From positions 1-57,802 of the forward strand of contig JAMONX010000003.1 in the NCBI GenBank assembly GCA_027066435.1: a stretch of 57,802 nucleotides of DNA, given 5' to 3'. The notes under the pieces are model-generated. The model did not search any database and was not told the origin of the DNA. It was given only the letters and a program-made list of their open reading frames with translations. Source of the DNA: Campylobacterales bacterium (lineage in GTDB: Bacteria > Campylobacterota > Campylobacteria > Campylobacterales > QNZT01). Shown piece by piece: positions 32,770-43,834 of this stretch (its first letter is position 1; every line of letters starts with the position of its first letter). Both the position numbers and the translations under genes were made by a program.

Positions 32770-33055
32770 AGGCAGACTAAATGCCAGAGATGAACTTTTA
32801 AATGATTATGATGATGAGCAAAATAGACAAAAAGATTTATCTCTAAAAACGCTATTTATAACTTATATCTTTGTTTTTTTAGCACTTTTGGTACTTTTGC
32901 CAAAAGTTTATATAAGCAATCAAATCTACTATAACTCAAAAGAAATAAATAAAATGTATCATAAGTATACAACACTCAAAGAGGAGCAGGCACACCTAAA
33001 AAGAGAGCTTGAGAAGCTAAGGTATCAAACTCTTATTATTGATGATATAGATTAG
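32717..33055 (+). CDS. FtsL-like membrane protein (single TM helix plus coiled coil); start uncertain
   Basis: TM helix then PKVYISNQIYY and a coiled coil; follows rsmH. Confidence 0.65.
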   Translation: MKTQEAEVQNSEFLESIKGRLNARDELLNDYDDEQNRQKDLSLKTLFITYIFVFLALLVLLPKVYISNQIYYNSKEINKMYHKYTTLKEEQAHLKRELEKLRYQTLIIDDID

Positions 33056-33058
33056 GGA

Positions 33059-33412
33059 TTAAAGATTCTTTTTTCTCAAATCTCCATTATAGACTATGTC
33101 TGAAGCTTTGATTGTATCGTCATTAAGCATTGGTGGTACAACGGCACCATTTTCTAGTTTTTTTATTTCTGCGTCTAATTCATCTTCACTGTAGCTCATC
33201 ATCATATCAGCGGCAATTACATGTTGTACACTTTGAATAACTTTTAAATTTCTTATCTCATCATCAACGCTTTCGCCCTCAACTGTAACGATGATTTTAC
33301 CTATATTCTTATCATGAAAGTGATAGTCGCAAAACTCTGCATTTTGTAAAACCTCCAAAACATCATCTATATACTTTGGTAATACTTGTACTACAATACT
33401 TGATATATTCAT
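33059..33412 (-). CDS. napD: Periplasmic nitrate reductase chaperone NapD
   Basis: MNISSIVV...GKIIVTVEG; last gene of the nap operon. Confidence 0.92.
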   Translation of the reverse strand: MNISSIVVQVLPKYIDDVLEVLQNAEFCDYHFHDKNIGKIIVTVEGESVDDEIRNLKVIQSVQHVIAADMMMSYSEDELDAEIKKLENGAVVPPMLNDDTIKASDIVYNGDLRKKNL

Positions 33413-33413
33413 C

Positions 33414-34364
33414 TTATTTTAATCTCCATTTCATTATATAATTGTCATCACTCCCTGAATAGAGAGTATCATCATCATAAAAGATGATGCTATTTAGGGT
33501 GCTTTTTTGTCCTTTTAAATTGAAGATTTTGCTATTTGTCTTCAAGTTAAAAACCGCTATTTCATTATCTGTTCCAAAAGAGAAAGCTACTAATTTTGCA
33601 TCTTTACTAAGTGCAGTTGCATAGACCAAAAATGGTGCATCAAAAGTTTGCACATTGGCATTATTTATATCATAAACCGCACCTTTTCTATCTTGCCCTG
33701 CTGTTGCAACTTTGCCATTTTTAAAATCTACTTTAAAAACATTGTCTTTGTTTGCTCCTTTTAGCTCTTTTATTACTTTACCATTTTTGACATCTACTAG
33801 GTAATTAATACCTGACTCACAAGAGATGACAGCTTGTGTTTTATCCTCATTGAGTGCAAAATCTGAAAATTTTGATTGGCTTAGTTGAAAAAGATAGAGA
33901 GGTTTTTTTGCTTTTAAGTCATATAAAACTATTTCATTTGATAAAAGTCCTAAAAAAACTCTATTTTTATCAATAAATCTTGCTTTTTGCATTACTAATT
34001 TTGCTTCATTTGTAATAATTTTTGTAGTAGTGTTATTTTCGTTGATATAAAGTTCTCTTGCACCTTTTTCTCCTTGTGCGAGAAGAAGCTTTTTATCTCC
34101 TATTACATCGACAGAGTAGACTTTTGGATTCATAAAATCACCCATAAAATCATGAATTTTTTTGAGTTGTATTTTTTCTATGAAAGTATCGTCTTTGATA
34201 TTATAAGTCTCTAATGTGCCTTCATCTGTGCCTATATAGAGTATATCATTGACAATTTTTAAGTCCATGACATTACCTTTAGTTTGTATCTCTTTAATAG
34301 GTGAGATATCACGAGCTATTAAGATGTTAATGAATATCAATGATAATAAAATAAGCCTTTTCAT
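33414..34364 (-). CDS. napL: NapL, periplasmic WD40/beta-propeller accessory protein
   Basis: Signal peptide; WD40-like repeats (LKGQKSTLNSIIF...SGSDD); position between napF and napD. Confidence 0.85.
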   Translation of the reverse strand: MKRLILLSLIFINILIARDISPIKEIQTKGNVMDLKIVNDILYIGTDEGTLETYNIKDDTFIEKIQLKKIHDFMGDFMNPKVYSVDVIGDKKLLLAQGEKGARELYINENNTTTKIITNEAKLVMQKARFIDKNRVFLGLLSNEIVLYDLKAKKPLYLFQLSQSKFSDFALNEDKTQAVISCESGINYLVDVKNGKVIKELKGANKDNVFKVDFKNGKVATAGQDRKGAVYDINNANVQTFDAPFLVYATALSKDAKLVAFSFGTDNEIAVFNLKTNSKIFNLKGQKSTLNSIIFYDDDTLYSGSDDNYIMKWRLK

Positions 34365-34873
34365 TGCCCCTTACCTCCTATTGTAGTTGCAGAGATTGCA
34401 AATGAGGGGCAAACTCCTATGCAAAATCCGCAATTTGTACAGTTCTCATAATTTATTTCAGGTCTAAACATCCCTAGAAACTTAATTGCCTTATCATAAC
34501 ATACATCTGAACATGAAGAACAAACTACATCTTGCCATGCCACGCATTTTGTTATATCTAACTCTATATGCGCGTCAATTAGCTCTAATTTTTCATCAAA
34601 AATAAGTACACCCATTTTACAAGCCTTCACACACTCATCACAGTAGGTGCAACCTCTCTTTGTAAAGTCTAAATAGACTGTATTATCATCTGAAATTTTT
34701 ATAATTTCTTCGTCACAAACACTAACACAAGGCTTCTCTTCACACCTTATACACTCTTTTTGGAAAAGAGACGCATCTTTGTTATATGGTAATCTTATTG
34801 GCTTATACTCTTCTATCTCATCTACAAATGGAGTGGAAAAAGATTTAAAAAATCCTCTTCTACTTTCATCCAT
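34361..34873 (-). CDS. napF: Ferredoxin-type protein NapF
   Basis: SRRGFF; several CxxCxxCxxxCP clusters. Confidence 0.88.
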   Translation of the reverse strand: MDESRRGFFKSFSTPFVDEIEEYKPIRLPYNKDASLFQKECIRCEEKPCVSVCDEEIIKISDDNTVYLDFTKRGCTYCDECVKACKMGVLIFDEKLELIDAHIELDITKCVAWQDVVCSSCSDVCYDKAIKFLGMFRPEINYENCTNCGFCIGVCPSFAISATTIGGKGQ

Positions 34874-34874
34874 A

Positions 34875-35633
34875 TTACTCTACACCATCATTGATAACAT
34901 CAATAAGATTTGACTTTTTAGCACCGTTTTTACTAAAGTCAGGTGTAAATGTATTTCCCACTAATGGAGCTTGAGTTGATTGAGGTGCATGGCATTGTGT
35001 ACAGTTAAACCTTGCAGAGCTTAGTTTAGTAAGTTTGTGTATAACGGTTTTAAAGTCACTTGTATTATTTACTCCTGCTCCCTCTTTTGTTATTCTTCCA
35101 TCAGCCCCAATAGCAGTATTTGGTCTAAATGAAGCAAAATGTGATGCAGGGATAGGTGTTGCTTTCATATCAGCTGCAACTTCAGGTAAGTGGCATCCCG
35201 TACAAGCATTGTTTCCTATTTTGATAGGTAGCATTCCATCTGTATTGTGAGGAATCATTGGAGGTGCATTTTCAAATGCTCTTTCAAATTTTTCTGATTT
35301 TCCAGCTTCTACTTTACTATAGTCTGTTATTTCGCCTGCTGTATCATCTTGTTCGACATAGAGATTAGTTTTTCTAAGTCCTAATGACTCTTCAGTAACT
35401 GTACCAGCTATAGTTGTAACTTCTTCAGGAATACTCTCAGCTACAGGTTTGGTTGCCACTTCTGTTGGAGTTTTAGTAGCTGTAGCCTTGATATCTGGCA
35501 GAGGTAGTGCGATATTTTGACCAGATTTTATCTGTTGTGCTAAAGCATTAACTCTATCCATATCCATAGCATTTAGTGATATATGAGTTAAGAATCCAAC
35601 AAGTATAAGAGTGTATATGTCTTTTTTAACCAT
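34875..35633 (-). CDS. napB: Diheme cytochrome NapB, second copy with N-terminal extension
   Basis: FENAPPMIPH, CTGCH, RFNCTQCHAPQ. Confidence 0.9.
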   Translation of the reverse strand: MVKKDIYTLILVGFLTHISLNAMDMDRVNALAQQIKSGQNIALPLPDIKATATKTPTEVATKPVAESIPEEVTTIAGTVTEESLGLRKTNLYVEQDDTAGEITDYSKVEAGKSEKFERAFENAPPMIPHNTDGMLPIKIGNNACTGCHLPEVAADMKATPIPASHFASFRPNTAIGADGRITKEGAGVNNTSDFKTVIHKLTKLSSARFNCTQCHAPQSTQAPLVGNTFTPDFSKNGAKKSNLIDVINDGVE

Positions 35634-35696
35634 TTTTCAATCCTTAAAGAAAATTTTTTGTAGAGATGCCCTTAGATGTGCCACTCTAAAAAAAAT

Positions 35697-35729
35697 TTAA
35701 AAAGAAGAGAGTTTAAAAGCTCTCTTCAA
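35697..35729 (-). terminator. Intrinsic-terminator-like hairpin between the two napB copies
   Basis: Minus strand GAAGAGAG-CTTTTAAA-CTCTCTTC followed by a T run. Confidence 0.5.
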
Positions 35730-35740
35730 TGTTTATTTAT

Positions 35741-36343
35741 CTATTGAACTCCCTCATTGATAACATCTATGAGGTTCGATCTTTTAGCACCATTTTTGCT
35801 AAAATCCGGTGTAAATGTATTACCTACAACAGGTTCCTGTGTAGATTGTGGTGCATGACATTGAGAACAGTTAAACCTTGCAGAGCTTAGTGTATCAAGC
35901 TTGTGTGTAACAGTCTTAAAGTCACTTGTATTGTCAACCTCTTTACCTTCTTTTGTAATCCTTCCATCTGCAGCAATAGCTGTCTTTGGTCTAAATGAAG
36001 CAAAATGCGATGCAGGGATAGGTGTTGCTTTCATATCAGCTGCAACTTCAGGCATATGACATCCTGTGCAAGCATTGTTTCCTATTTTTATAGGTAACAT
36101 TCCATCTGTATTGTGAGGAATCATTGGAGGTGCATTTTCAAATGCTCTCTCAAATTTTGTTGATTTCCCAGCTTCTGCTTTATTATAATTTGTTGCATCA
36201 CCAGTAGTACTTGTTTCAGTGTATAGATTGGTTTTTCTTAATCCCAGCGACTCTTCACTTACTGTGCCAGCACCTGTGGCACAACCCGCAACGATAATCG
36301 CTGCTAAAGAGATTAAGCCAACCCATGATTTTTTAATTCTCAT
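35741..36343 (-). CDS. napB: Diheme cytochrome NapB, first copy with lipoprotein-type signal
   Basis: IVAGC lipobox; FENAPPMIPH, CTGCH, RFNCSQCHAPQ. Confidence 0.93.
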   Translation of the reverse strand: MRIKKSWVGLISLAAIIVAGCATGAGTVSEESLGLRKTNLYTETSTTGDATNYNKAEAGKSTKFERAFENAPPMIPHNTDGMLPIKIGNNACTGCHMPEVAADMKATPIPASHFASFRPKTAIAADGRITKEGKEVDNTSDFKTVTHKLDTLSSARFNCSQCHAPQSTQEPVVGNTFTPDFSKNGAKRSNLIDVINEGVQ

Positions 36344-37152
36344 TGTTGCTCTCCTTTAACTTTTAAATTTTTTATACTAAATCCAAGTGCATTGTCATCA
36401 CATACTTCAATGCACCGCCCACAGTTGGTGCATTCTGCATCCAACACTTTTATACTTTTTTTGCCAATCATATGAAGTACCTGACTCTCTGGACAGATAT
36501 CTTTACATTTCATACAAAGGGTACAGTTTGGCTCATTGTGCAATACACTCAATGGTGCATATTTACCAAGCAAACTATGAAATCCGCCAAGAGGACAGAC
36601 ATGTCCACACCAGCCATTTTTTAGTACAAACAGATCAAAAAAGAGTATAGCAACTACAAGTGCCATACTCATTCCCATTCCAAACACGACTCCTCGGTTT
36701 AAAATGGTTATAGGTGAGATAAATTCAAATGCCGCAACACCTGTAATGATTGAAACAACAAAGGTTAATCCCAATACCCAGTAGCGAACATTTCTACTCA
36801 TCCACACTTTTCTTTCTATATCATTTAGATACAGCTTTCTTCTCAACCAATTTGCAAAATCTGTTACCATATTTATAGGACAAACCCAAGAACAAAATGC
36901 TCTTCCTCCAACAATGCCGTAAAATAGCATTATTAAAACTGCACCTATCAAAACATCAATACCCAAAATTGCACCTGCTGCAAACATTTGAAGCACAGCA
37001 AAAGGGTCAGCTAATGGTACAATACCAAATAGTGTTGATGAACTTAGAGTTCCTGTTAAAATAGTCCAGCCATAAGCATTTGCACCAAAGTAGAGAAGAA
37101 GCAATGAAATCTGCGTAAATCGTCTAGCAATCAGAAATCTATATTTACTCAT
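36340..37152 (-). CDS. napH: Quinol dehydrogenase membrane subunit NapH
   Basis: GGRAFCSWVCP, GWCGHVCPLG, two 4Fe-4S motifs. Confidence 0.95.
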   Translation of the reverse strand: MSKYRFLIARRFTQISLLLLYFGANAYGWTILTGTLSSSTLFGIVPLADPFAVLQMFAAGAILGIDVLIGAVLIMLFYGIVGGRAFCSWVCPINMVTDFANWLRRKLYLNDIERKVWMSRNVRYWVLGLTFVVSIITGVAAFEFISPITILNRGVVFGMGMSMALVVAILFFDLFVLKNGWCGHVCPLGGFHSLLGKYAPLSVLHNEPNCTLCMKCKDICPESQVLHMIGKKSIKVLDAECTNCGRCIEVCDDNALGFSIKNLKVKGEQQ

Positions 37153-37972
37153 ACGAGATTCCTTCATTTAAATAATCAGCAGGTTTTTGCTTGCTTCTTT
37201 CTGTCCTAGTTCTTGTATCGGTTGAAACTCCTTCTAATCTACTCTCATCTTTTTCATCCCAGCCTCTAATATAGTGGCTACCAACATCACCTTGTGCTAC
37301 CTCATTTGGCAATACATAGATTGCTGGTTTTTTTGTAATGCAAGCAAGTTCGCACAAGCCACAACCTGTACAAAAATCACTATGTACCACTGGTATCAAA
37401 AAGGCATGTTTACCAGTCCTTTGATTCCTTCGATACTCTAAAGTAATTGCTTCATCCAAAAGTGGACAAGCTCTATGACAAGCATCGCATTGGATACCCC
37501 AAAACGCAACACAAGACTCTTCATCAACGACGGCAAGTCCCATCTTTGCTCTGTTTATATCTAGCTCTTCTTTCTCATTTTGTACCAGTTTTTTATCCAA
37601 AGCACCAGTAGGGCAAACAGGTACACAAGGTATATCTTCACACATATAGCAAGGTACATCCCGTGGTATAAAATAGGGTGTACCAATAGGCATATTATCT
37701 CCAGCTTTTGCCATAAGTAGTGTAGATTTGCTAGGATTAGGATTTATATCCCTATTCTTGCAAGCCTCTGCACACTGTCCACACTTAATGCACATCTTTA
37801 AAAAGTCATCTTCATTTACAGCACCTGGAGGACGAAGGATAAGAGGAGCTGCTTTTGCTTCTTGTACATATCCTGTCCACACAAGTCCGCCTAGTGCAGT
37901 TATACCTACACTTTGTGCCATCAGAGAAATAAACTTCCTTCTCTCACTGATGACTACTTTTGACTTTTTCAT
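37145..37972 (-). CDS. napG: Ferredoxin-type quinol dehydrogenase subunit NapG
   Basis: Twin-arginine ERRKF, LRPPGA, CIKCGQC, PCYMCEDIPC, CTGCGLCE. Confidence 0.95.
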   Translation of the reverse strand: MKKSKVVISERRKFISLMAQSVGITALGGLVWTGYVQEAKAAPLILRPPGAVNEDDFLKMCIKCGQCAEACKNRDINPNPSKSTLLMAKAGDNMPIGTPYFIPRDVPCYMCEDIPCVPVCPTGALDKKLVQNEKEELDINRAKMGLAVVDEESCVAFWGIQCDACHRACPLLDEAITLEYRRNQRTGKHAFLIPVVHSDFCTGCGLCELACITKKPAIYVLPNEVAQGDVGSHYIRGWDEKDESRLEGVSTDTRTRTERSKQKPADYLNEGISYE

Positions 37973-37984
37973 CTATATCTCTAT

Positions 37985-40798
37985 CTATGCTTTATAAATT
38001 TTTACAGCACATTTTTTAAAGTCTGTTTGTTTTGACATAGGACATGTCGCATCTAAACATACTTTATTGATAAATACTTTTTCATCAAACCATGGTACAA
38101 AAACAAGACCTTCTGGAGTTCTATTTCTTCCTCTAGTTTCAACTCTAGCTTTTACTTTACCACGACGACTCTCAACCCAAGCCAATTGTCCCTGTTTTAG
38201 TCCTAGTTTTTTAGCATTGTTTGGATGCATATAACATAGAGCTTCAGGAACCGCACGATAGAGTTCTGGAACTCTCATAGTCATTGTACCACTATGCCAG
38301 TGTTCTAACACACGACCAGTACATAACCATATAGGATATTTGCTATCTGGCATCTCTGGTGGATCCATATATGGTCTAGCAAATATTTTAGCTTTATTTT
38401 TAAGAGCTTTTTTACCAAGAGATTTATCAGGACCACTTAAATCACCTTGAAGAAGATTTTTAGCTAGTTTACCATAAAACGCAAAGTCACCAGTATTTGC
38501 TTTTTTTGCATATGGGTCATATTTAGCGTTGAATCTCCACTGTGTCTCTTTACCATCGACTACAGGCCATTTAAGTCCTCTAACTTTATGATAAACATCA
38601 AACGGTGCCAAATCATGTCCGTGTCCTCTTCCAAAGTCTGCATACTCTTCAAATAGGTATTTATGAATAAAAAAGCCATAACCTTTCCATTCTTTACCAT
38701 CTGAACCGATAACTTTTCTGCTATCTCCATTTGTATCACTATCATCAAAACCTGCACCAATTGGATCATTTGCTTTGTATGATTTTGCTCTATCATTTGC
38801 AAATAGGATGTCATACATAGTTGTGTTTTCAGTATATCCCATCTCTTTTGCTTTTGCTACAACATCAGGAAGTCCTTTAGGAGTACCATCTTTGTTTTTA
38901 CCTCTTAATGGTTGTGCACCCCAGACATCTTTAACTGTAAATCTTTTTGATAGTTCAACCCATTGCCAAGTATCACTCATAGAATCACCTACAGGTAGTA
39001 CTTGTTGTCTCCAGTGTTGAGTTCTTCTTTCAGCATTTCCATATGCTCCCCATTTCTCATAAATCATCGCTGAAGGGAGAATAAGATCAGCAACTTTTGC
39101 TGAAATTCCAGGATATCCATCAGAGCAGACGATGAAGTTATCCATCTCTCTTGCCGCTTTTATCCAGTGATTTGCAGATGCAGAATCTTGATATGGATTA
39201 CATACATTTACCCAAGCAAATTTAACAACACCATCTTCAATATCTCTATGAATTTTCATGATATGTTGATTTCCTACTGGGTTTAGAGTACCACTAGGTA
39301 CTTTCCATACATTTTCAACGATTTTTCTATGTTTTCCACTTTTGACCATCATATCAGCTGGAAGTCTATGACAAAATGTTCCAACTTCTCTTGCAGTTCC
39401 ACAAGCACTTGGTTGTCCAGTTAGTGAAAATGCTCCACTACCAGGTCTTGCTTGTTTATTTAGCATAAAGTGAACATTATATGCAAGTGTATTTACCCAA
39501 GTACCACGAGTATGTTGGTTCATACCCATTGTCCAAAAGCTTACAACTTTTCTATTTTTTTCTATATAGAGATTAGCTAATGCTTGTAGTTTTTTCTTAA
39601 AACTATCAATGCTTTCATTTGGATCACCTTTAGAAATCTTTGCTACATAATCAAGTGTATATGGAGCTAAAGATTTTTTATACTCCTCAAATGATATATG
39701 CCAGTGTTTTAATCCAGCAGGTTTTTGAACCATTTTGTCGCCAGCTTTGTATCCATAAGGAGCAAGTGCTGGACCCTCTTTTTCAGAGACAGTTATCTCC
39801 ATCTCTTTGTTTATAATCTCCATCTCAGCAGCACTATATTTGCCATCTTTGAGTGATTTCTCACCTTTTCTTCTCATACCATAACCCATATTCACAGGAC
39901 TTGCACAAAAAACGATATGTTTTTTTATAAAATCCCAATCAATAGCTTCAGGATGATTATAAACTATCTCTCTAGCGATGTAGTTCCAAAGAGCTAAATC
40001 AGTATTTGGTGAGAATATAATCTCAATATCAGCAATATCAGAAGTCCTATGAGTATAAGTTGAGATATTTACAACTTTAACACGATCTGGGTTTGATAAT
40101 TTTCTATCTGTAACTCTTGACCACAAAATAGGATGCATCTCTGCCATATTTGAACCCCAAGATACAACGGTGTCTGTAAGCTCTATATCATCATAACAAC
40201 CAGATGGTTCATCAATACCAAATGTTTGGTAAAAACCAACAACAGCAGATGCCATACAGTGTCTAGCATTTGGATCAATTGCATTTGATCTAAATCCACC
40301 TTTCATCATCTTTTGTGCAGCATAGCCCTCCATAACAGTATATTGACCAGATGCAAATACAGCTACACCTTCAGGTCCACTAGCTTTTAGTGCTTTTTTG
40401 ATATTGACTTCCATCTCATCAAAAGCTCTCTCCCAGCTAACAGGTGCAAATTTACCTTTTTTATCAAATTTGCCATCAGCACCAACTCTTAAAAGTGGCT
40501 GAGTTAGTCTATCTTCACCGTACATAATCTTGGCATTAAAATAACCTTTAATACAGTTAAGACCTCTATTTACTGGAGCAGCAGGGTCACCTTTAACAGC
40601 AACAATCTTACCACCTTTAGTAGCTAACATGATACCACAGCCAGTACCACAAAATCTACACGCAGCTTTATCCCATCTCCACTCTTTCTGACCAGCAACC
40701 GCTGCTGCTTCAGCCTCTTTAGGAATGGATATACCAACAGCCGCTGCCGCAGTTGCCGCCGCCGTCGTCTTCAAAAAATTTCGTCTTGAAATTGACAT
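37985..40798 (-). CDS. napA: Periplasmic nitrate reductase catalytic subunit
   Basis: Tat signal SRRNFLK; [26 protein letters not shown]; ATG at 40798 after GGAGG. Confidence 0.98.
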   Translation of the reverse strand: MSISRRNFLKTTAAATAAAAVGISIPKEAEAAAVAGQKEWRWDKAACRFCGTGCGIMLATKGGKIVAVKGDPAAPVNRGLNCIKGYFNAKIMYGEDRLTQPLLRVGADGKFDKKGKFAPVSWERAFDEMEVNIKKALKASGPEGVAVFASGQYTVMEGYAAQKMMKGGFRSNAIDPNARHCMASAVVGFYQTFGIDEPSGCYDDIELTDTVVSWGSNMAEMHPILWSRVTDRKLSNPDRVKVVNISTYTHRTSDIADIEIIFSPNTDLALWNYIAREIVYNHPEAIDWDFIKKHIVFCASPVNMGYGMRRKGEKSLKDGKYSAAEMEIINKEMEITVSEKEGPALAPYGYKAGDKMVQKPAGLKHWHISFEEYKKSLAPYTLDYVAKISKGDPNESIDSFKKKLQALANLYIEKNRKVVSFWTMGMNQHTRGTWVNTLAYNVHFMLNKQARPGSGAFSLTGQPSACGTAREVGTFCHRLPADMMVKSGKHRKIVENVWKVPSGTLNPVGNQHIMKIHRDIEDGVVKFAWVNVCNPYQDSASANHWIKAAREMDNFIVCSDGYPGISAKVADLILPSAMIYEKWGAYGNAERRTQHWRQQVLPVGDSMSDTWQWVELSKRFTVKDVWGAQPLRGKNKDGTPKGLPDVVAKAKEMGYTENTTMYDILFANDRAKSYKANDPIGAGFDDSDTNGDSRKVIGSDGKEWKGYGFFIHKYLFEEYADFGRGHGHDLAPFDVYHKVRGLKWPVVDGKETQWRFNAKYDPYAKKANTGDFAFYGKLAKNLLQGDLSGPDKSLGKKALKNKAKIFARPYMDPPEMPDSKYPIWLCTGRVLEHWHSGTMTMRVPELYRAVPEALCYMHPNNAKKLGLKQGQLAWVESRRGKVKARVETRGRNRTPEGLVFVPWFDEKVFINKVCLDATCPMSKQTDFKKCAVKIYKA

Positions 40799-40841
40799 TT
40801 TTCCTCCTTGTCCAATTTTATCGCTATTATGCAATACTAAA

Positions 40842-40883
40842 ATTGTAACATTTTATAAGCAAAAACAAGTTGATATAAGTCAA
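40842..40883 (-). promoter_or_regulatory. Crp/Fnr-family (Nss-type) box and -10 element upstream of napA
   Basis: TTGATATAAGTCAA (TTGA-N6-TCAA) at 40870-40883, 22 nt from TACAAT (40842-40847, minus strand). Confidence 0.65.
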
Positions 40884-40901
40884 TTTAATAAGAAATATTA
40901 G

Positions 40902-41510
40902 TTAAATCACTTCTATTCTTATAAGTTCGGGATAGTTTTGATAGTTAATTAGTATCTCTTCTACTCTTGATTGCCACAAAGTTCCAAAGAGTTTTTTCTC
41001 CTCTTTATCAGCACTATTTTGCATCATCTTTTGCATTAATGGCATCATTGATGGATCCCCAGATACTACGGAAGGGTTATAAAAAACATCTACGCTTTTG
41101 TTTGAATCAGTTCTTGTAAATCTTGCATTTGCTGATATATCAGCTTCAAAATCCATCAAAGAGTGTCTGGCAAATTTACCACCAAGCCCTTTAAAACCAC
41201 TCTTATCAGTTGCTCCAGTAATATTTGATATAACATTTGAAATCACTCCAGCAACTCCATCTTCTAACTGTTCTTTAAACTCTACCTTTATCTCTCCTCG
41301 AACAGGTAATGAGTCTCGATAGAGAGCTTGAAGTGCTTTTAAAGTCATAAGATATGCACCACCTACAGTAGGACAGCTATGTCCAGAAAATTGTACAATT
41401 TGCATATAAGAAAAGGTAATTTCACCATTTTGGAAACTTCCTAAAAACTCAGCTAACGGGTCATAAAGTGTGATATTCTCAACTTTGTCATAAAAAAGTG
41501 GATATTTCAT
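40902..41510 (-). CDS. FmdE-like metal-binding protein
   Basis: FSGHSCPTVGGAY motif (H-x-C-P of the FmdE family). Confidence 0.65.
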   Translation of the reverse strand: MKYPLFYDKVENITLYDPLAEFLGSFQNGEITFSYMQIVQFSGHSCPTVGGAYLMTLKALQALYRDSLPVRGEIKVEFKEQLEDGVAGVISNVISNITGATDKSGFKGLGGKFARHSLMDFEADISANARFTRTDSNKSVDVFYNPSVVSGDPSMMPLMQKMMQNSADKEEKKLFGTLWQSRVEEILINYQNYPELIRIEVI

Positions 41511-41512
41511 AA

Positions 41513-41818
41513 TTATACTCCTCCTAATTTCTTTTTTACATCATCATTTGCCATATTTGGAGTCCAAGGTGGGTCAAATGTAAGATTAACTTCAACAGTT
41601 TTTACACCATCTACTTTGAGTACTGCTTCTTTCGTCCAATTTAGCATCATCTCATGTAGTGGACATGATGGGGTAGAGAGAGTCATCGTGACTTGAACAT
41701 TATCATCCTCTTTTAGTTCTACTCCATATATGAGTCCCATTTCCACGAGGTTAAATCCAACCTCAGGGTCTATCACTGTGCTAATTGCGTCATAAATATC
41801 TTGCTCGGTATAAGCCAT
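41513..41818 (-). CDS. Metal-sulfur cluster assembly factor (PaaD/SufT/DUF59)
   Basis: VIDPEVGFNLVEMGLIY, TLSTPSCP, FDPPWTP. Confidence 0.92.
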   Translation of the reverse strand: MAYTEQDIYDAISTVIDPEVGFNLVEMGLIYGVELKEDDNVQVTMTLSTPSCPLHEMMLNWTKEAVLKVDGVKTVEVNLTFDPPWTPNMANDDVKKKLGGV

Positions 41819-41820
41819 TT

Positions 41821-43035
41821 TTATCCTTTGTACTTAAATATATATATTACATTTCCTGCTACTAAAAGTGAGTTTATTATAAATAATATTTTTCCTAATA
41901 TAATTAGAATATCACTATGAAAAAGTATACCAATCGTTAAAAAAACAATAGTTGCTAACTTGGTGTAAAACTCTATCAAGCTTCCTTTTTTGTGAACCAT
42001 ATCGGAGAGCATTGGTACTTGTTGCTCTCCTACAAGTGGTGCAAACTTTTTGTTCCAGACTAAGAAGGGGACAATTTTATAGATATGACCTACGATAAAA
42101 GAGCTTATAAATCCTAAAATCAAAAAGACCATAAATAGTTTTAATACTTTTTCATCATGCAAAAAAGGTATCAATAGTGCTAATAGTATTAAAAATATAC
42201 CACTTGTTATCATATCTAGTGCATAAACATCGAGATATTTTCTCATCCGTTTTGTAAAGATGTCATATAGTTGAAAACTAAATGCCAAAATTGTAGCAAT
42301 CATAAGCATCTGTGCTAATGAAAACCATCCAAATACTGTACTTATGGTTGTTGCAATTATGCCAAAAAGTAGATAATTGCTTATTTTTTTATTGAAATTG
42401 TGAGAAAGCATAAACATAGGAAGAAGTACTGTTGCCATAATGGCAATCAAACCTCCTGTAAATCCAAAAAGAACTAAAATAATATGTTTATGAGCTAGAT
42501 TTATGCTATTAAATCCCAAACTATTATGTACTAATCCTAAAGATGTCAGAAGTCCATAAGTGACGCCAATAAATAAAATTATATGAGATGTGATGACAAA
42601 ATATGCTTTTATATCTTTTTTCTCTACTTTTTTAACTGAAAAAAAGATATTTGTTAGGTAGAGCATAAATGATAGATATAGTAAGATTGAGCCATATCCT
42701 AAAAATTCAAAACTATTACCATTTAAAAATGAACCTAAAAATGGTATCAAACTTACAACAAAAAGCCCTAGATGCATATAAGCTATTTGATTTGAGTAGA
42801 GTGGAATTTCTAAAACTACTGAGATGAGTTGATACATTGCACCAAAAATCACACTCATCATAAAACCTAGTAAAAATATATGGATAAATCCTACAATCTT
42901 TGGATCTAAATAGTGCATGTTTAAAAAATCAATATTAAAAAAAGCAATGGATGCGATAAGGTAAAAAAATGCACCTACAATAAAAAAAGATGTTACAAGT
43001 TTTGAAGGAGGTGCAAAAGTAAAGTTTAATGCCAA
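41821..43035 (-). CDS. Polytopic membrane protein with conserved intramembrane His residues
   Basis: About 12 TM segments; HIFLLGF..GAMYQL, HIILVLFG, GHIYKIVPFLVW motifs. Confidence 0.7.
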   Translation of the reverse strand: MALNFTFAPPSKLVTSFFIVGAFFYLIASIAFFNIDFLNMHYLDPKIVGFIHIFLLGFMMSVIFGAMYQLISVVLEIPLYSNQIAYMHLGLFVVSLIPFLGSFLNGNSFEFLGYGSILLYLSFMLYLTNIFFSVKKVEKKDIKAYFVITSHIILFIGVTYGLLTSLGLVHNSLGFNSINLAHKHIILVLFGFTGGLIAIMATVLLPMFMLSHNFNKKISNYLLFGIIATTISTVFGWFSLAQMLMIATILAFSFQLYDIFTKRMRKYLDVYALDMITSGIFLILLALLIPFLHDEKVLKLFMVFLILGFISSFIVGHIYKIVPFLVWNKKFAPLVGEQQVPMLSDMVHKKGSLIEFYTKLATIVFLTIGILFHSDILIILGKILFIINSLLVAGNVIYIFKYKG

Positions 43036-43044
43036 ATTTATACC

Positions 43045-43377
43045 TTATCCGCTACATTTGTTATCGTCAAAGTTTGTTGAAGTTTCACCTTCATCTTTGC
43101 GAGAAAAAATTAGCTTTATTTTTCCATCTTCCATCTGCTCTTCTTCCCATTCAAAGTCATCTCTTATTTTTGGAAAAAGTCCCATAGGCATTTTCATATT
43201 TATCATGACAAGTTTTTTATTTGGTGAGTCAATTAGTTTAAGCCCACACATTGCATTTACCATAGGTCCTGGAGGTGTGCAGAGACTAGAGTCAAATTCA
43301 TAATATGTTATTTCATCTTTTTTATAAGTGAAAAATGGCTCAGTAGCACCCATCACTTCTATTTGTTCTTTATTCAT
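43045..43377 (-). CDS. DUF2249/TusA-like small protein
   Basis: FDSSLCTPPGPMVNA...MINMKMPMGLFP pattern. Confidence 0.55.
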   Translation of the reverse strand: MNKEQIEVMGATEPFFTYKKDEITYYEFDSSLCTPPGPMVNAMCGLKLIDSPNKKLVMINMKMPMGLFPKIRDDFEWEEEQMEDGKIKLIFSRKDEGETSTNFDDNKCSG

Positions 43378-43386
43378 TTTTTATCC

Positions 43387-43761
43387 TTAATTTTGAAAAT
43401 CTACTAAACATCTTGATGTATGAAAACCTCTTTCATAATCATCAGAGACAAAGATGTCATTTTCAATCCGCCAATTTTTACTTTTTTCAATTAAAATGGT
43501 TCGTGACATTTTTCTCATTGCTCTACTTTCACAAATGATAACTTTGTTATTTTCAAAAGCTTCTTGTACAGTTTGCATTCGTTTAGTAGTCACATAATAA
43601 TGCAAGGCAATACCAAGTGCTAAAAATACAAATACTACTGGAAAGATTTTTTTGAAAGTTCCTTTACTCATAAATGATCGAGTTGTCACAAAAGCAGTGA
43701 TAATAAGAAAAAAAGCAGCAATGGCAAGAAAACCGCCTTCTAGTGTTAAAAAATTATCCAT
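43387..43761 (-). CDS. Hypothetical membrane protein (2 TM helices)
   Basis: Two hydrophobic helices, a Cys pair, GAGG RBS; first gene of the operon. Confidence 0.7.
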   Translation of the reverse strand: MDNFLTLEGGFLAIAAFFLIITAFVTTRSFMSKGTFKKIFPVVFVFLALGIALHYYVTTKRMQTVQEAFENNKVIICESRAMRKMSRTILIEKSKNWRIENDIFVSDDYERGFHTSRCLVDFQN

Positions 43762-43791
43762 ATAGTATCCTCTAAACTTTTTGATAACTAA

Positions 43792-43834
43792 ATTATACCA
43801 AATATTACTATTTAATAGTATTGACTCTTATCAA
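43792..43834 (-). promoter_or_regulatory. Crp/Fnr-family (Nss-type) box and extended -10 element
   Basis: TTGACTCTTATCAA at 43821-43834, 23 nt from TATAAT (43792-43797, preceded by TGG on the minus strand). Confidence 0.6.

Noticed and set aside
40799-40834. Longer napA start listed in the ORF track
   Set aside because: The RBS and Tat motif position favour ATG at 40798; similar start over-extensions were corrected for queA, napH and others
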